A DNA stretch of 64,000 bases from Chiloscyllium plagiosum (lineage: Eukaryota), in assembly GCF_004010195.1 (NCBI RefSeq), contig NC_057719.1, positions 88,129,352-88,193,351 of the forward strand, given 5' to 3'. Each line of letters starts with the position of its first letter. Positions within the stretch are counted from its first letter, which is position 1. A program made the position numbers and the translations under genes. The notes under the pieces were generated by a model. It ran no database searches. It saw only the letters and a program-made list of their open reading frames with translations, and had not been told where the DNA came from. Below, piece by piece: positions 42,265 through 55,468 of the stretch.

Positions 42265-42584
42265 GGGCAGCACGGTGGCACAGTGGTTAGCACTGCTGCC
42301 TCACAGCGCCAGAGATCCGGGTTCAATTCCCGACTCAGGCGACTGACTGTGTGGAGTTTGCACATTCTCCCCGTGTCTGCGTGGGTTTCCTCCGGGTGCT
42401 CCGGTTTCCTCCCACAGTCCAAAGATATGCAGGTCAGGTGAATTGGCCATGCTAAATTGCCCGTAGTGTTAGGTAAGAGGTAGATGCAGGGGTATGGGTG
42501 GGTTGCGCTTCGGTGGGGCGGTGTGGACTTGTTGGGCCGAAGGGCCTGTTTCCACACTGTAAGTAATCTAATCTAATCTAATCT
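42265..42584 (+). mobile_element. HE1/V-SINE-type SINE (young)
   Basis: Near-identical to 34676-35002. Confidence 0.92.
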
Positions 42585-44924
42585 TATTGTTGGACCATAC
42601 ACATGTGAAGCAAAGCAAAGGACTAAGGTCCGGCATTGCAAACCACTTCTCAAACAACTCCATTTTAAATCATCACTACCACCACCACCCTCTTGAGGGC
42701 AATTAGATATGGGACAACAAAAGATGACCATACTGAGGACAACTATATAAATTCCAAGAGCTCATTTTTAATGTGACTCCAAGTGCCTGCAAATACAAAA
42801 CAGCAATACAGCAGTTTGAAACAATTTGCCAGCTATAATTAAAATTTGACTATTATAGATCAACATCTATCACATAAATGTAGAAAAGTATTAGGGTCAT
42901 ACAGCATGGAAACAGGCTCTTTGGTCCACCATTTCTATACCGGCTACCAAACTATACCAATCCCATTTACCTGGACTTGGTCCAAACCAACTATAGAGTC
43001 TTGGTACTTTGTGAGACTGATCTTTTCAGTACTCAAAGGTTTTAGCCAAGCTCCCATCCCAGCATAGGACAATGGGTTAGATTCACTTTGTCCCCTTCCA
43101 TTACTTACTAACTCCCTGCCTGGCTCACATTCTTGGCCTCACCGCTCCCACTTCCCCTCCCCTGGCTCTCACCCATCACTCCTTGACTAGCCTCCCAGGC
43201 CCCCCACTCTCAGTCTCACATCCCTTCAGTCCTGCTTTCACACCACACTCCAGTATCATCAGTTCTGATAATTGCTAGAACCATGTGGAAGAAGGTAGCT
43301 GCACACCATGTGTGGGAACATCACCTACTGGGAGGCGTGCATCCTCTGCTGCTCCCAGTTACAGATACAGTCTTGCCAGATGGGCAGGAGATTCAATGCT
43401 GAGAACTCTCCCTAGGCCAGGCTGCAGGTCTCAACCAAAATATGCAAGGGCTTAGATCTGGTTTCGAGAAACTGCAATTCCATCAGCAGAAATTTCACAT
43501 CCATAATTTCTGTAACTAAACTGGAGCTAGGAACAGCTTCAATAATCCTGAATGATTATGCACACATAAGGCCACTTAACCCATCCAATTTGCACTGGCT
43601 TCTCGAAATGCAATCCAGTCTCACACCCCATTCCATTTCCGCACTTATTCACCTTTATTGCCTTCATGCATTTCCCCAACTTCCTCTTTGAATCCTTCAT
43701 GAGCTACTCTTCCATTTTCCTCGTAGGCAGTGAATTTTAGGTTAGTAGCACTTGTTGGCCAGAAATGCTCTTCTTCACACTACTGCATCTCTTACAAAAG
43801 GCTCAACAAAAGCCTTATGTTGTGTCCCGTAGCCCTTGCATGATCAGCTGTAGGAATAGCTTGTCTTTCCCCACCTTATTTAAAATTGTCATAACCCTGC
43901 ACTCCTCCACCAGATCTCTCCAATCTAGGAGAGTAATCCCAGCTTCTCCAATTACAAGTAGTCCACTCAGCCTCTAGTTCCTGCTCCACCAGCCATTAAG
44001 ATCATGGCTGATCGGTTTGTGTTTGTTTGTTTTGAATTTCACTTATTTCTAGTGAGAATCTTGCTACTTCTGCCTGGAAAAACCATTAATATTTGGTTTC
44101 CACCACCTTCTGAAGCAGAGTTCCAAAGTCTCTCAACCCTCAGAGAGAAACGTTCTCATTTCTGTCCTAATAGGGTGACTCTGAACATTAAAAAAGTGCC
44201 CTCCAGTTCTGGTCTGATCCGCAAGAGGAAATGTCCTGTTCACATTCACTTTAAGACCATTCAGAATCTTATAAACTTCAATCAAGACAAACTTCACTCT
44301 TCTAAACTAAGGTGGAAACAAACTCAGCCTACTCAACTTATCCTCATAAGGTATCATGACAGGTATCAATCTCATAATTCTCCTCGGAAATGCCTCCAAT
44401 GCCTTTACATCATTTTTTTAAATAAGGAGACCAAAACTGCACACAGTATTTGAGGTATAGTCTCACCAATGTCCTTCATTTAGTAATATGCTTTTGTTTA
44501 TTCTTGCCAAACTGAACTTCACATTTTTACACATTGTGCTCCAACTGTCAGGTGTTGGCCCACCCCTTCAACCTATCTTTCAATCAGCAACTTCATGTCT
44601 TGACCATGTTTTCCACCCATTTCAGGATTTTCTGCGAGTTTAGCAAGCACACTGTCGCTCAACTCAATGATTCAAATTGTATAAAGTTGAAATGCCAGTG
44701 CAGACCCCTGCAAATGTCCTCTCATCACACCCTGCCGATCAGACAAAGAAATATTTACAAATAGTCTCTGTTTACTGCCAGCCAAACTGCTACCCATGCT
44801 GATATGCTATCCCCAATACCGAAAGCTTTTATTTTCTACAATAACTGTGGCACCTTATCAAATGCGGTCTGGAAATAAAAGGACAGGCTCACCTTTATCT
44901 ACAGTATGGAATCATAAATATGCT

Positions 44925-45240
44925 ACAGTGTGGACACAGGCCATTCGGACCATCGAATCCACACTGAACTTCCAAAGACCATCCCACCCAGACTCACCCC
45001 CACCCCGCAAGTCTGCATTTCCCATAGGTAACCAACCTGGCCTGGACACTATGAGACAATTTAGCATGTCTAGTCCACCAAATCTGCACATCTTTGGACC
45101 GTGGGAGGAAATCGGAGCACCCGAAGGGAACCCACACAGACACAGGGAGAATGTGCAAAATCCACACAGTCACCCGAGGCTGGAATCGAACCAGGGTCCC
45201 TGGTGCTGCGAGCCCACAGTGCTAACCACTAAGGCACCTG
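44925..45240 (-). mobile_element. HE1/V-SINE-type SINE (older)
   Basis: Diverged V-domain-like core and tRNA-like head. Confidence 0.8.
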
Positions 45241-45592
45241 GCGGTCACTATGAATTACTTCTTCAAAGAACTCCAATAAATTGGTTAAATATTATTTCCT
45301 TTTAAGAATACCACACTGACGCTTCCCAATTGTTGACAGTATTTCTAAGTGTGAAGCTATAATTTTTTTAATGACCAATTCAAACACCATCCCACGACAA
45401 ACGTTGAAGTTAACTGGCCGCCAGATCTAGGTTTTCTGCTTTTCTCCCTTCTTGGAAAGGCCCTCTAGCTAAAATTCTGAGTTTAACTGTTTCCTTGAAC
45501 AGCGAAGTCAAACCTATTGCTACCAAACCTTTCTTCACAGTCAAAAAAAATCATTTGTGGCTGATATAGAGTGTGCAGAAAACTGATGCCTA

Positions 45593-45880
<288 letters not shown>

Positions 45881-45904
45881 TCACCACGACTGCACACTCA
45901 AATT

Positions 45905-46830
45905 TCCCAGGATTCTTGGCAGTGCGGAGGAACAGAGAGATCTTGGGGCCCACATCTACAGATTCCTCAAAGTTGCCTCCCATGTTGATAGGGTTGTTAA
46001 GAGTTCGTATGTTGAGTTGGCTTTCATTAGCCGGGGGATTGAATTTAAGAGTCGCGAGGTTATGCTGCAGCTCTACAGAGTCCTGGTTAGACCACACTTG
46101 GAATATTGTGTTCAGTTCTGGTTGCCTCATTATAGGAAAGATATGGAAACTTTAGAGAGGGTGCAGAGGAGATTTGCCAGGATGCTCCGTGCACTGGAGG
46201 GCATGTCTTATGAAGGAAGGTTCAGGGAGCTAGGGCTTTTTTCACTGGATTAAAGAAGGATGAGAGGTGACTTGATAGAGGTGTACAAGATGGATAGCCA
46301 AAGACCTTCTTCCCATTATGGAAATGTCTATCACAAGGGGGCATTATTTTAAGGTTATTGGAGGAAGGTTTAAGGGACATGTCAGAGGTAGGTTCTTTAC
46401 ACAGAGAGTGGTGGGTGTGTGGAATGCACTGCCAGCAGTCGTGGTAGAATCAGATACATTAGGCACATTTAAGCGGCTCTTGGATAGGCACATGGAAGAC
46501 AATACAACAATGTGAATGTAGGTTAGTCTGATCTTAAGAGTAGGATAAAAGGCTCGCACAACATCGAGGGCCAAAGGGCCTGTACTGTGCTATACTGTTC
46601 TATGTTCTATTACCAGCACATGGACATAGAGTCATAGAGACGTACAGCATGGAAACAGACCCTTCTGTCCAACCCATCCATGCTGACCAGATATCCCAAC
46701 CCAATCTAGCCCCACCTGCCAGCATCTGGCCCATACCCCTCCAAACCCTTCCTATTCATATACCCATCCAAATGCCTTTTAAATGTTGCAATTCTACTAG
46801 CCTCCACCACTTCCTCTGGCAGCTCATTCC
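45905..46830. mobile_element. CR1 3' part (+, to ~46610) followed by another CR1 tail (-, ~46625-46830)
   Basis: MLQLYRVLVRPHLEYCVQFW and FFTQRVVGVWNALP motifs; gttctatgttcta tail. Confidence 0.88.
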
Positions 46831-47102
46831 ACTCTCGACATGTTGGAATTTGCTTGCTTCAGCACTGGAAAATCGATACCTGCCTCCTACTGACCTAGCA
46901 AAATGCCCTGATGATCAATAGGGGAGCAGGAAGCACTGAGAGGAGTTGGGTGGCTGTGTGGCTGGTGGGGGAACACACAGGCAGGGACAGAATTAAGTGG
47001 ACAAGTCATCATCACTATCCATACATGCTCAAGGTCACGCCATTCAAACACACAAGTGCCCAACAAAATCTCAGTCATCTCGTTCAACATTGGGTTTGTT
47101 AC

Positions 47103-47158
47103 CTGATGTGTTCCTTGATCCTTTCAATGATGACCCAGGAGTCTGTGTCTCAGCCACA
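47103..47158 (-). CDS. ZNF106: ZNF106 exon (SVAETQTPGSSLKGSRNTS)
   Basis: Acceptor tttttaaatag, donor CAG|gtaaca; 56 nt, phase 2 to 1. Resembles human SVAETQTVISSIKGSKNSS. Confidence 0.9.
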
Positions 47159-47542
47159 CTATTTAAAAACAGAAAACAAACATTGGTGTGGTGGACACCG
47201 CTGTCACATGGTAAACAGAGCCAAGTATCTATTCAAAGTTGATCCATGATGGGATTCTCCTGAGACAGGGCTACACGGTCAGAGTTTAGGTGTTAGTCAG
47301 AAGGCCAAACTGCCCTTGTGGTGCATGTAAAAGATGCTGATGGCACTATTAGAAGAGAAGTATGGCAGCTCCTCTGGTGAAATTTAACCCGCAACCAAGA
47401 CAATATCACCATGAGGACTGTGGGACAAATGTATTTAAATGGAGACTGACAGCTGAGTTTCCCTACATTACAACTGACTGTGAAACACTTGGGGTGCCCT
47501 GAGTTTGTGAAAGGTGCTTTCTCCTCCCTACCCCTTTAAATC

Positions 47543-47866
47543 ATCATAGAATCCCTAATGTGTGGAAGCCGGCCATTTGGCCCATCAAGTACACACCAAC
47601 CCTCTGAAGTGAATCCCACCCAGACCCACCCTCCTACCCCATTCCCGATAACCCTGCATTTTCCATGTCTAACGCACCTAACCTACACATCCTGGACAAT
47701 CCACCCTAACCTGCACATCTTTAGACTTTGGAGCAAACCGAAGCAGAAATCCACACTGACACAGGGGGAATTAGCAAACTCCACACAGACAATCACCCGA
47801 GGCTGGAATCAAACTCAGATCCCTGGCGCTGTGAGGCAGTGTTAACCACTGAGCCACCATGCTGCC
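47543..47866 (-). mobile_element. HE1/V-SINE-type SINE (older)
   Basis: Diverged match to the other copies. Confidence 0.78.
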
Positions 47867-48418
47867 CACTTCAAGCTTTCCCTTTTTCTAAAGTGATGGT
47901 ATCGAACCAGCGAGGTTGGCTCATGACGGCACTGACTGCTACTGGGTCCAATACCACAGGCCCAAGATTCCTGGCGATGCTACACCTCCACATTATGGAG
48001 ACCAGGCTGCAGCACTCAGCTTGGTGTCAATGCGGAGACTGTTTAACTCCTCATCAGCTGAGTCTGAGATCTCTCATTGTAGTCTGTCTAGGAAGAACAT
48101 CATGTGTTTACATGGTATCTTTAATGTACTAAAACATCCCCGTGTAGATGTTTTAAAGTACAATTTTAAAGGAGAAGAGAGACTGGGAAAAGCAAGGAGG
48201 CTCCCAGGGAGGGAACTGCAAAGCAGCAAGGCTCAGGCAGCTGAAATCATGACCATCGATGCTCGAGTGATAAAAATGGCAAGAGGCCTGTAGTCGATGA
48301 TCAGAGGGGGTAGTAGGCCTTAAAAACAGATTGTGCAGATAGATGAGAGAGAGGAAAGAGGAGAATTTGAAAAATGGGGAGATTGCTAAACCTGCCCATA
48401 AACGTCTCTGAGTCTCAC

Positions 48419-49208
48419 CTCTTAGTGAGGCCAGTCACCATCTCACTGGTCGAAGTTACCTCGTTGCAGCCTGCTTTGGGGGTGTCAATCGGACACTGAC
48501 TTGGAATCGGCTGCTCTCCTTTGGACGGGCTGTCAGGCTGCTCACTCGCCAGTTCCACAGATTCAACATCAATAACATCCATCTGGGGTTTGGGGATTTC
48601 GACCAGCTCCACAGAGAAATCACTGTCCGTGGAGGCACTCGCCATTTCACTCTCCCCCTTCGGGCCACCTTTCTCCCTGGGGACCGAGATGCCCTCTGAC
48701 TCTTGGGGGGTTGAGGTCGTGACTTTTCCCTTGGGCGTCCTTTTATTTTTCAGTTTGCGGGTGGGTCGGAAAATCTCAGTGTCTTGCTCGGTGTCGCTGT
48801 TCTCCCCCACTTGTTCCACCCGGGCAGACTTTTTCTTCCTGAGTTTCTTCTTCTTTTTAACGCCTTTGCCCTCCGAGGCGGTGAAAGAGGACTCGACCAC
48901 CTGTTCGCTTGCCCGGCTCCTCCGATCCTTCTCAGGAAACTTTGGATCCTTCTGGCACTTTCCAGCTGCCGGTGGGTTGGATTGGTCTGGCATGGCGAAT
49001 GCCTTTCTCTGCTGGGCCTCCCCAGTCTCACCGCCTTTCTGGAGTCTAAATGCCGGGGGCAAGGTGCCTCGAGCTTCCTCAATCCCACTTCTGCTGCAGT
49101 CCACAGGTATACCCGGTCCCCCAGGGCCCAGCAAGGAGAGGCCTTCGCCAAGCTGCTGCAGAGGCGGTGGCAATGTGATGATTGGGAAGCTCAGAGATCG
49201 CATTTCAC
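48419..49208 (-). CDS. ZNF106: ZNF106 large exon (GEMRSLSFP...KKKKKLRKKKS...NEVTSTSEMVTGLTK)
   Basis: Acceptor ttccatgcag, donor AG|gtgaga; 790 nt, phase 1 to 2. Contains the KKKKKLRKKKS, ENSDTEQD and EVTSTSE motifs. Confidence 0.9.
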
Positions 49209-49339
49209 CTGCATGGAACAGAGGACCCGTTAGCCAAAAACACACACATCTCAATGGGATTCATCAAACAGTGAATTGCATTTGCCTGAAACATCAGGAT
49301 GTCCACACAAGCTTTACACAACCAATGATACTCAGACAG

Positions 49340-50490
49340 ATCATCACAGTCACAGAAATGTACAGCACGGTCCAACTCATTCATGTTGACCAGCTATCCT
49401 AAGTTAAACTAGCCCCATTTTAGATTAGATTAGATTAGATTCACAGTCAGTCGCCTGAGGCGGGAATTGAACCCGGGTCTCAGGCGCTGTGAGGCAGCAG
49501 TGCTAACCACTGTGCCACCGTGCCGCCAGCATTTGACCCATATCCCTCCAAACTCTTCCTATTCATATACCCATCCAGATGCCTTTTAAATGTTATAATT
49601 GTACCAGCCTCCACTACTTCCTCTGGCAGCTCATTTATACACACACCACCCTCTGCGTGGAAAAAGTTGCCCCATAGGCCTGTTTTAAAACTTTCCCCTC
49701 TCACCCTAAACCTATGCCCTCTGTACTTAGGGAGGATATTCCTGGAATACATCCAGGGAAGTTATTTGGATGGAACTGAGAAATGATCACCTTATTGGGA
49801 TTGTACTATAGACCCACCAACAATCAGCAGGAAATTGAGAAATAAATTTGTATGGAGATCTTAGTTATCTTTAAGAATAATAGGATGGTTTTGATAGGGA
49901 ATTTTAATTTCCAAAGATAGACTGGGACTGTCATAGCATTAAGGGTTTAGATGAAGAGGAACTTGTGAGGTGCACAGAAGACAATTTTCTGATTCAGTAT
50001 GTGGAAGTACCTACTAGAGAAGGTGCAAAATGTGACCTACTCTTGGGAAATAAGGCAGGGCAGATGACTGAGGTATCATTGGGGAGCACTTTGGGGCCAG
50101 TGACTATAATTCTATTAGACTTAAAATAATGATGGAAAAGGATAGACTGGATCTAAAAGTTCCAAATTGGAGTAAGGCCAATTTTAACAGTATTAGGCTA
50201 GAACTTTCAAAAGTTGATTGGGTGCAGATGTTCACAGGTAAAGGGATGGCTGGAAAATGGGGAAGCCTTCAGAAATGAGATAACAAGAGTCCAGAGACAG
50301 TATATTCTGTTAGGGTGAAAGGAAAGGCTAGAAGGTGCAGGGAATGCTGGATGACTAGAGAAATTGAGGTTTTGGTGAAGAAAAAAGAAACATATGTCAG
50401 ATATAGACAGGAGAGATCGAGTGAATCCTTAGAAGAGTATAAAGGCAGTTGGAGTATACTTGAGAGAAATCAGGAGGGCAAAAAGGGGGC
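49340..50490. mobile_element. CR1 3' tail (-, to ~49725) joined to an oppositely oriented CR1 endonuclease-region fragment (+), with a mini-SINE at 49421-49525
   Basis: FFHAEGGVCINELPEEVVEAGTIITFKRHLD on -; decayed YYRPT/GNFN and DLLLGNKAGQ-type sequence on +. Confidence 0.75.
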
Positions 50491-50587
50491 ATGAGTGGTT
50501 CAAGGGGGCAGCTCCCCACCACCTTCTTGAGGATAACGGGAGATGGACAATAAATGCTAGCCCAGCCAGCAATGCCCAAGTCCAACA

Positions 50588-50792
50588 AAGTTAAAAATCT
50601 CACAACATCAGGTTATAGTCCAATAGGTTTAATTGGAAGCACACTAGCTTTCGGAGCGACGCTCCTTCATCAGGTGGTTGAAGGAGCATCGCTCCGAAAG
50701 CTAGTGCTTCCAATTAAACCTGTTGGACTTTGACTTGGTGTTGTGTGATTTTTAACTTTGTACACCCCAGTCCAACATCGGCACCTCCAAAT
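50588..50792. mobile_element. ~200-bp palindromic element with hammerhead core
   Basis: Arms aagttaaaaatc...gctccttca and tgaaggagc...gatttttaactt, plus an unpaired tail ending ctccaaat. TSD caagtccaaca at 50577-50587 and 50793-50803. Confidence 0.88.
50642..50676 (-). ncRNA. Minimal type I hammerhead ribozyme-like motif with intact core
   Basis: CAC CUGAUGA A GGAGC-GUC-GCUCC GAAA GCUA GUG. Confidence 0.72.
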
Positions 50793-51742
50793 CAAGTCCA
50801 ACATGTATATTTTTTTAAAAAAGGCTAGATTATTTAGACAAACCAAAACCCTCAAAAGTTGCAGATGCTGGAAATCAGAAATGAAAACAGAAATTATTGG
50901 AAAAAGTCAGATCAGGTAGCATCTGTGGACAGAAAGCAGAGTTAACGAGTTGGCTCCAGTGACCCTTCTTCAGAGACCCTCTTCAGTTCTGAAAAGGGAG
51001 TACTGAAGCCCAAGTGTTAACTCTGCTTTCTCTCCACATGTTACCTGACTTGCTGAATTTCTCTAGCAATTTCTGTTTTTGTTTCTAGATTATTTAGATT
51101 GTGGAAATGCAGTTGTAAGTAACTGGGATTAGATTTCTTTTCCCAGAGTTGGATATGGAAGGAGGAAACATAAGACACAGAAAGAGGATGAGCAGAGAAT
51201 GGGATAAAGGTCATCGATGGCCTTATCTGCAATTGATACCATGAAATAGAGAGACTCTCAAGAAATAGAAGGGTTAATGGCACAGCCATGAATACAGGCT
51301 GAGGAGTCCACATGGAAAGGAGACTTCAGTGCAAGGATGACATTTAAGGAAGATCAGAAGGGTGGGAGAGGTGCTGAATAGCAGTTCTTGATACACAACC
51401 ACAATATACGAACACCAATTGGCTGCCTGCAGTGAGGGTCACATCATAACACAAAAACCTTTTGTGACTTTCACATAGTAAAAGCAAAACAAGGTGTCTT
51501 ACCAGACCACTATCATACAAACCATGACAGGAAATAAGAAATATTAGGTTACCAAATCTTGGTTATAATGATAGGTTTTTAAAAAGGCATTAAGATGGAA
51601 TGGGGGAAGATACCACAACCTAGGGCACAGGTAGCTGAAAACGTGATCACCAGCAGAGGACAAATAGAAATCAGAGACATTAAAGAGAGATTCCCCGCCA
51701 TCCCACACATCCAAAGGATCATTAACCAGCATTTCCGTCACT

Positions 51743-52450
51743 AGTGGTGCTAGAAAAACACAGCAGGTCAGGCAGCACCCGAGGAGCGGGAGAATTGACA
51801 TTTCGGCATAAGCCCTTCATCAGGAAAGAATTGACTTTCAGGCATCAGCCCTTCATGAGGAAATCTGCAGTCCTCACTTTCACCTACCATATCCGTCACC
51901 ACCAGTCACACATTCCCCTCCCCAACCTTGTTCGCCTTCCGCAGGGACTGGTTCCTCTGGACTGCCCTTGTTCAATCTTTCTTCACTCCCAACAACAACC
52001 CCCCCCACACACACAGCATCTTCCTCTGCAACTGCAGAAGGTGGAACACCTGCCCCATGTCTCTCCTCCCTCCTCGATCCATGGGGCCAAACATAACTTA
52101 GAGATAAAGCAGTGCTTTACTTCACACAGTCTAGTCTACTGCATTCACTGCTCAGAATGTGGTCTCCTCTACACTAGGGAAACGAAGTGTAGACTGGGTG
52201 ATCGCAAAAGACCCTGAGCTTCCAGTTGCCTGCCACTTCCACACAGCACCCTGTTCTCTGGCTCAGGCTTGCTATGGTGCTCCAGTGAATCTCAGCACAA
52301 GCAGGAAGAACACCACCTCATTTTCTGCTTGGGAACCCTGCATCTGTCTAGACTCAATATCGAGTTCAATAACTTGAGGACTTGAACTCTCCCATCTTCT
52401 TGCTCCTAGCCCCACACATCAGACCTTGTTATCACATAGTCAGCTACAAC
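51743..52450. mobile_element. Penelope-like GIY-YIG fragment (+, ~51890-52380) preceded by a hammerhead-family piece (-)
   Basis: CFTSHSLVYCIHCSECGLLYTRETKCRLGDR resembles the PLE endonuclease motif. Its 3' end appears to resume at ~54625-54865 after nested CR1s. Confidence 0.78.
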
Positions 52451-52451
52451 G

Positions 52452-54560
52452 CATGAGGAGAGATTGACTAGGTTAGGTTTGTTTTTGCTGGAGTTCAGGC
52501 GAATGAGGGGCTATGTCAGAGACTTATAAAAATTCTAACAGGATTGGATAGGGTAGATGCAGGGAGGACTTTCCTGATGGTGGGTGTGTTCAGAACCAGG
52601 GGTCACAGTCTGAGGATTCAGGGTAGACCATTTAGGACAGAGATGATGAGACATTTCTTCACGCAAAGAGCGATAAGCCTGTGGAATTCATTATCGCAGG
52701 AAGTTGTTGATACCTAAACATTGAATGTATTCAAGAGGCAGCTAGGTATAGTACTTGGGGAAAACGGGATCAAAGGTTATGGGGAGAAAGCAGCATTAGG
52801 CTATTGAGTTGTTTGATCAGCCAGGATCATCATAAACACCCTGGACCAGATGGGATTTATCCTTGGATTCTCTGGGAAGCCAGGGAGGAGATTGCACAGC
52901 CTTTGGCTTTGATCTTTATGTCATTGTCTGCAGGAATAGTGCCAGAAGACTGGAGGATAGCAAATGCTGTCCCTTGTTCAAGAAGGGGAGCAGTGACAAC
53001 CTGGGTAATTACAGACCAGTAAGCCTTACTTCAGGTGTGGGTAAAGTGTTGAAAAAGTTTATAAGAGATTGCAATTATAATCATCTCGATAGGAACAAGT
53101 TGATTAGAGGTAGTCAGCATGGTTTGTGAAGGATAGGTCATGCCTTACAAACCTTATTGAGTTCTTTGAGAAGGTGATCAAACAGGTGGACGAGGGTAAA
53201 GCCACTGATGTGGTGTATATGGATTTCAGTAAGGCATTTGATAAGGTTCCCCATGGTTGGCTACTGCACAAAATACAGAGTCATGGGATTGAGGGTGACT
53301 TAGCGGTTTGGATCAGAAATTGGCTACTGAAAGAAGACAGAGGGTGGTGGTTGATGGGAAATGTTCATCCTGGAGTTCAGTTACTAGTGGTATTTTGGGT
53401 CCACTGCTGTTTGTCATTTTTATAAAAGACCTGGATGAGGGCATGAAAGGATAGGTTGGTAAATTTGTGGACGACACTAAGGTTGGTATAGTTGTGGATA
53501 GTGCTGAAGGAGGTCGTAAGTTACAAAGGGACATGGATAAGTTGCAGAGCTGGGCTGAGGGGTGGAAAATAGAGTTTAATGCAGAAACATGAGAGGTGAT
53601 ACACTTTGGAAGGAGTAACAGGAATGCAGAGTACTGGGCAAATGGTAAGATTCTTAGTAGTGTAGATGAACAGAGAAATCTTGGTCTCCATGTACATAGA
53701 TCCCTCAAAGTTGCCACCCAAGTTGAAAGGGCTGTTAAGAAGGCATACAGTGTGTAAGATTTTATTGGTAGAGTGATTGAATTTTGGAACCATGAGGTCA
53801 TGCCGCAGCTGTACAAAACTCTGGGGCGGCTGCACTTGTTTTGCGTACAGTTCTGGTCACTACATTATAGGAAGGATGTGGAAGTTTTAGAAAGAGTTCA
53901 GAGGAGATCTACTGGGATGTTGCCTGGTATGGAGGGAAAATCTTATGAGGAATATTGAGGGACTTGAGGCTGTTTTCGTAAGAGAGAAGAAGGTTGAGAG
54001 GTGACTTAATTGAGACATACAAGATAATCAGAGTTAAAAATCACACAACACCAGGATATAGTCCAACAGGTTTAATTGGAAGCACACTAGCTTTCGGAGC
54101 GACGCTATCACCCGATGAAGGAGTGTCACTCCGAAAGCTAGTGTGCTTCCAATTAAACCTGTTGGACTATAACCTGGTGTTGTGAGATTTTTAACTTTGT
54201 ACACCCAGTCCAACACCAGCATCTCCAAATCAAGATAATCAGAGGGTTAGGTAGGGTGGACAGGGAGAGCCTTTTCCCGAGGATGGTGATGGCTAGCACG
54301 AGGGGGTATAGCTTTAAATTGAGGGGTGATGGATATAAGACAGATGTCAGAGGTAGTTTATTTACTCAGAGAGTAGTAGGGGTGTAGAATGCACTGCCTG
54401 CAACAGTTATAGACCCACCAACTTTACAGGCATTTAAGTGGTCATTGGGTAGGTATACAGACAAGAATGGAATTGTGTAGGCTAGATGGGCTTCGGATTG
54501 GTTTTACAGGGCGGCACAACATCGAGGGCTGAAGGGCCTGTACTGCGCTGCTATGTTCCA
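52452..54560 (+). mobile_element. Two CR1 pieces (3' tail, then RT to 3' end) nested in the Penelope-like element
   Basis: PGPDGIYP, NYRPVSLTS and MDFSKAFDKVPH motifs with stops and frameshifts. Confidence 0.9.
54034..54230. mobile_element. Second copy of the palindromic hammerhead element, inserted in CR1
   Basis: TSD caagataatcagag at 54020-54033 and 54231-54244; + strand core cac-ccgatga-a-ggagtgtcactcc-gaaagcta-gtg at 54109-54143. Confidence 0.88.
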
Positions 54561-55468
54561 CGAAAGGTGGAGCAGGCTAAGGGGCCAGATGGTTTCCTCC
54601 TGCTTTTATCTTCTTTGTTTCTGTATAACGCACAACCCATTGTTCGCCACTGACAGTCCTCATAACTAGATAGTTACCCTCCTACCAGATTGTTATCCAC
54701 TCCTTTGTCTGTTCAATTGTTCTTCTCTAGCTTTGGACTCTATCCCCCATCATCACTTACGCCTCATCCCCTCCCCCCACCCTATCTTCTGCATATAAAC
54801 GGTCATTTTTCTGCGCTGCCATCAGTTCTGAGAGTCACCAGACCCGAAACGTTAACCGATTTCTCTGGCTTCACTGTTCAAGACTGCAGTTAAACTCAGG
54901 ATTTTGGCTACAGGCCCTAACCATGAAGAGAGGGGAGCAGTAAACCGAAAGCTAAGTGATCAGTTAACTTCAACATCTGTGGACAGAGGTCAGAGTTAAC
55001 TTTTCGGGTCAAGTCACCCTTCCTCAGAACCCAAAATGTTAATTCAGGTTTCTCTCCACAGATGGTGCCAGATCTGCTGAGCTTTTCCACCAATTTATTT
55101 TTGTTTCTGATTTACAGCAACCACAGTTCTTTCGGTTTTTTACATTAAAGAGAGGTCTGGCCTGCCTTCTCAAGTGGATGTAAAAACACCATTTCATAGA
55201 ATAGGTAGGTGAGTATTTACATTAGTGTCCTGACCAATATTTATCTTTCAACTAGGATCACCGGAACAGATTATCCGCTCATCGATCACATAGCTATTGG
55301 TGAGATCTTGAAGTGTACAAATTGTTTTGCCATGTTCCCCAAATTCAGTGACAGCATAAAATATTTCATCAACATTGCAATGCCCAGGCGCATGCATGGT
55401 TCAATGCTTAAGCTTATGAAAGTGCTGCATCATCAATGCACATATTTTCCTTTATCCCAACCCTGTAC

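Noticed and set aside
48521..49402. 293-aa ORF on + strand
   Set aside because: Antisense shadow of the large ZNF106 exon; low-complexity translation with no recognisable domain.
50588..50760. Pre-miRNA or DNA-transposon MITE interpretation of the hairpins
   Set aside because: The asymmetric tail, variable long TSDs and hammerhead core fit a Penelope-type origin better; no evidence for miRNA processing is visible in the sequence.
54109..54143. Apparent compensatory C-G to U-A pair in stem II relative to the 50642 copy
   Set aside because: Both changes are at CpG sites and are explained by methyl-C decay, so they are not evidence of selection.
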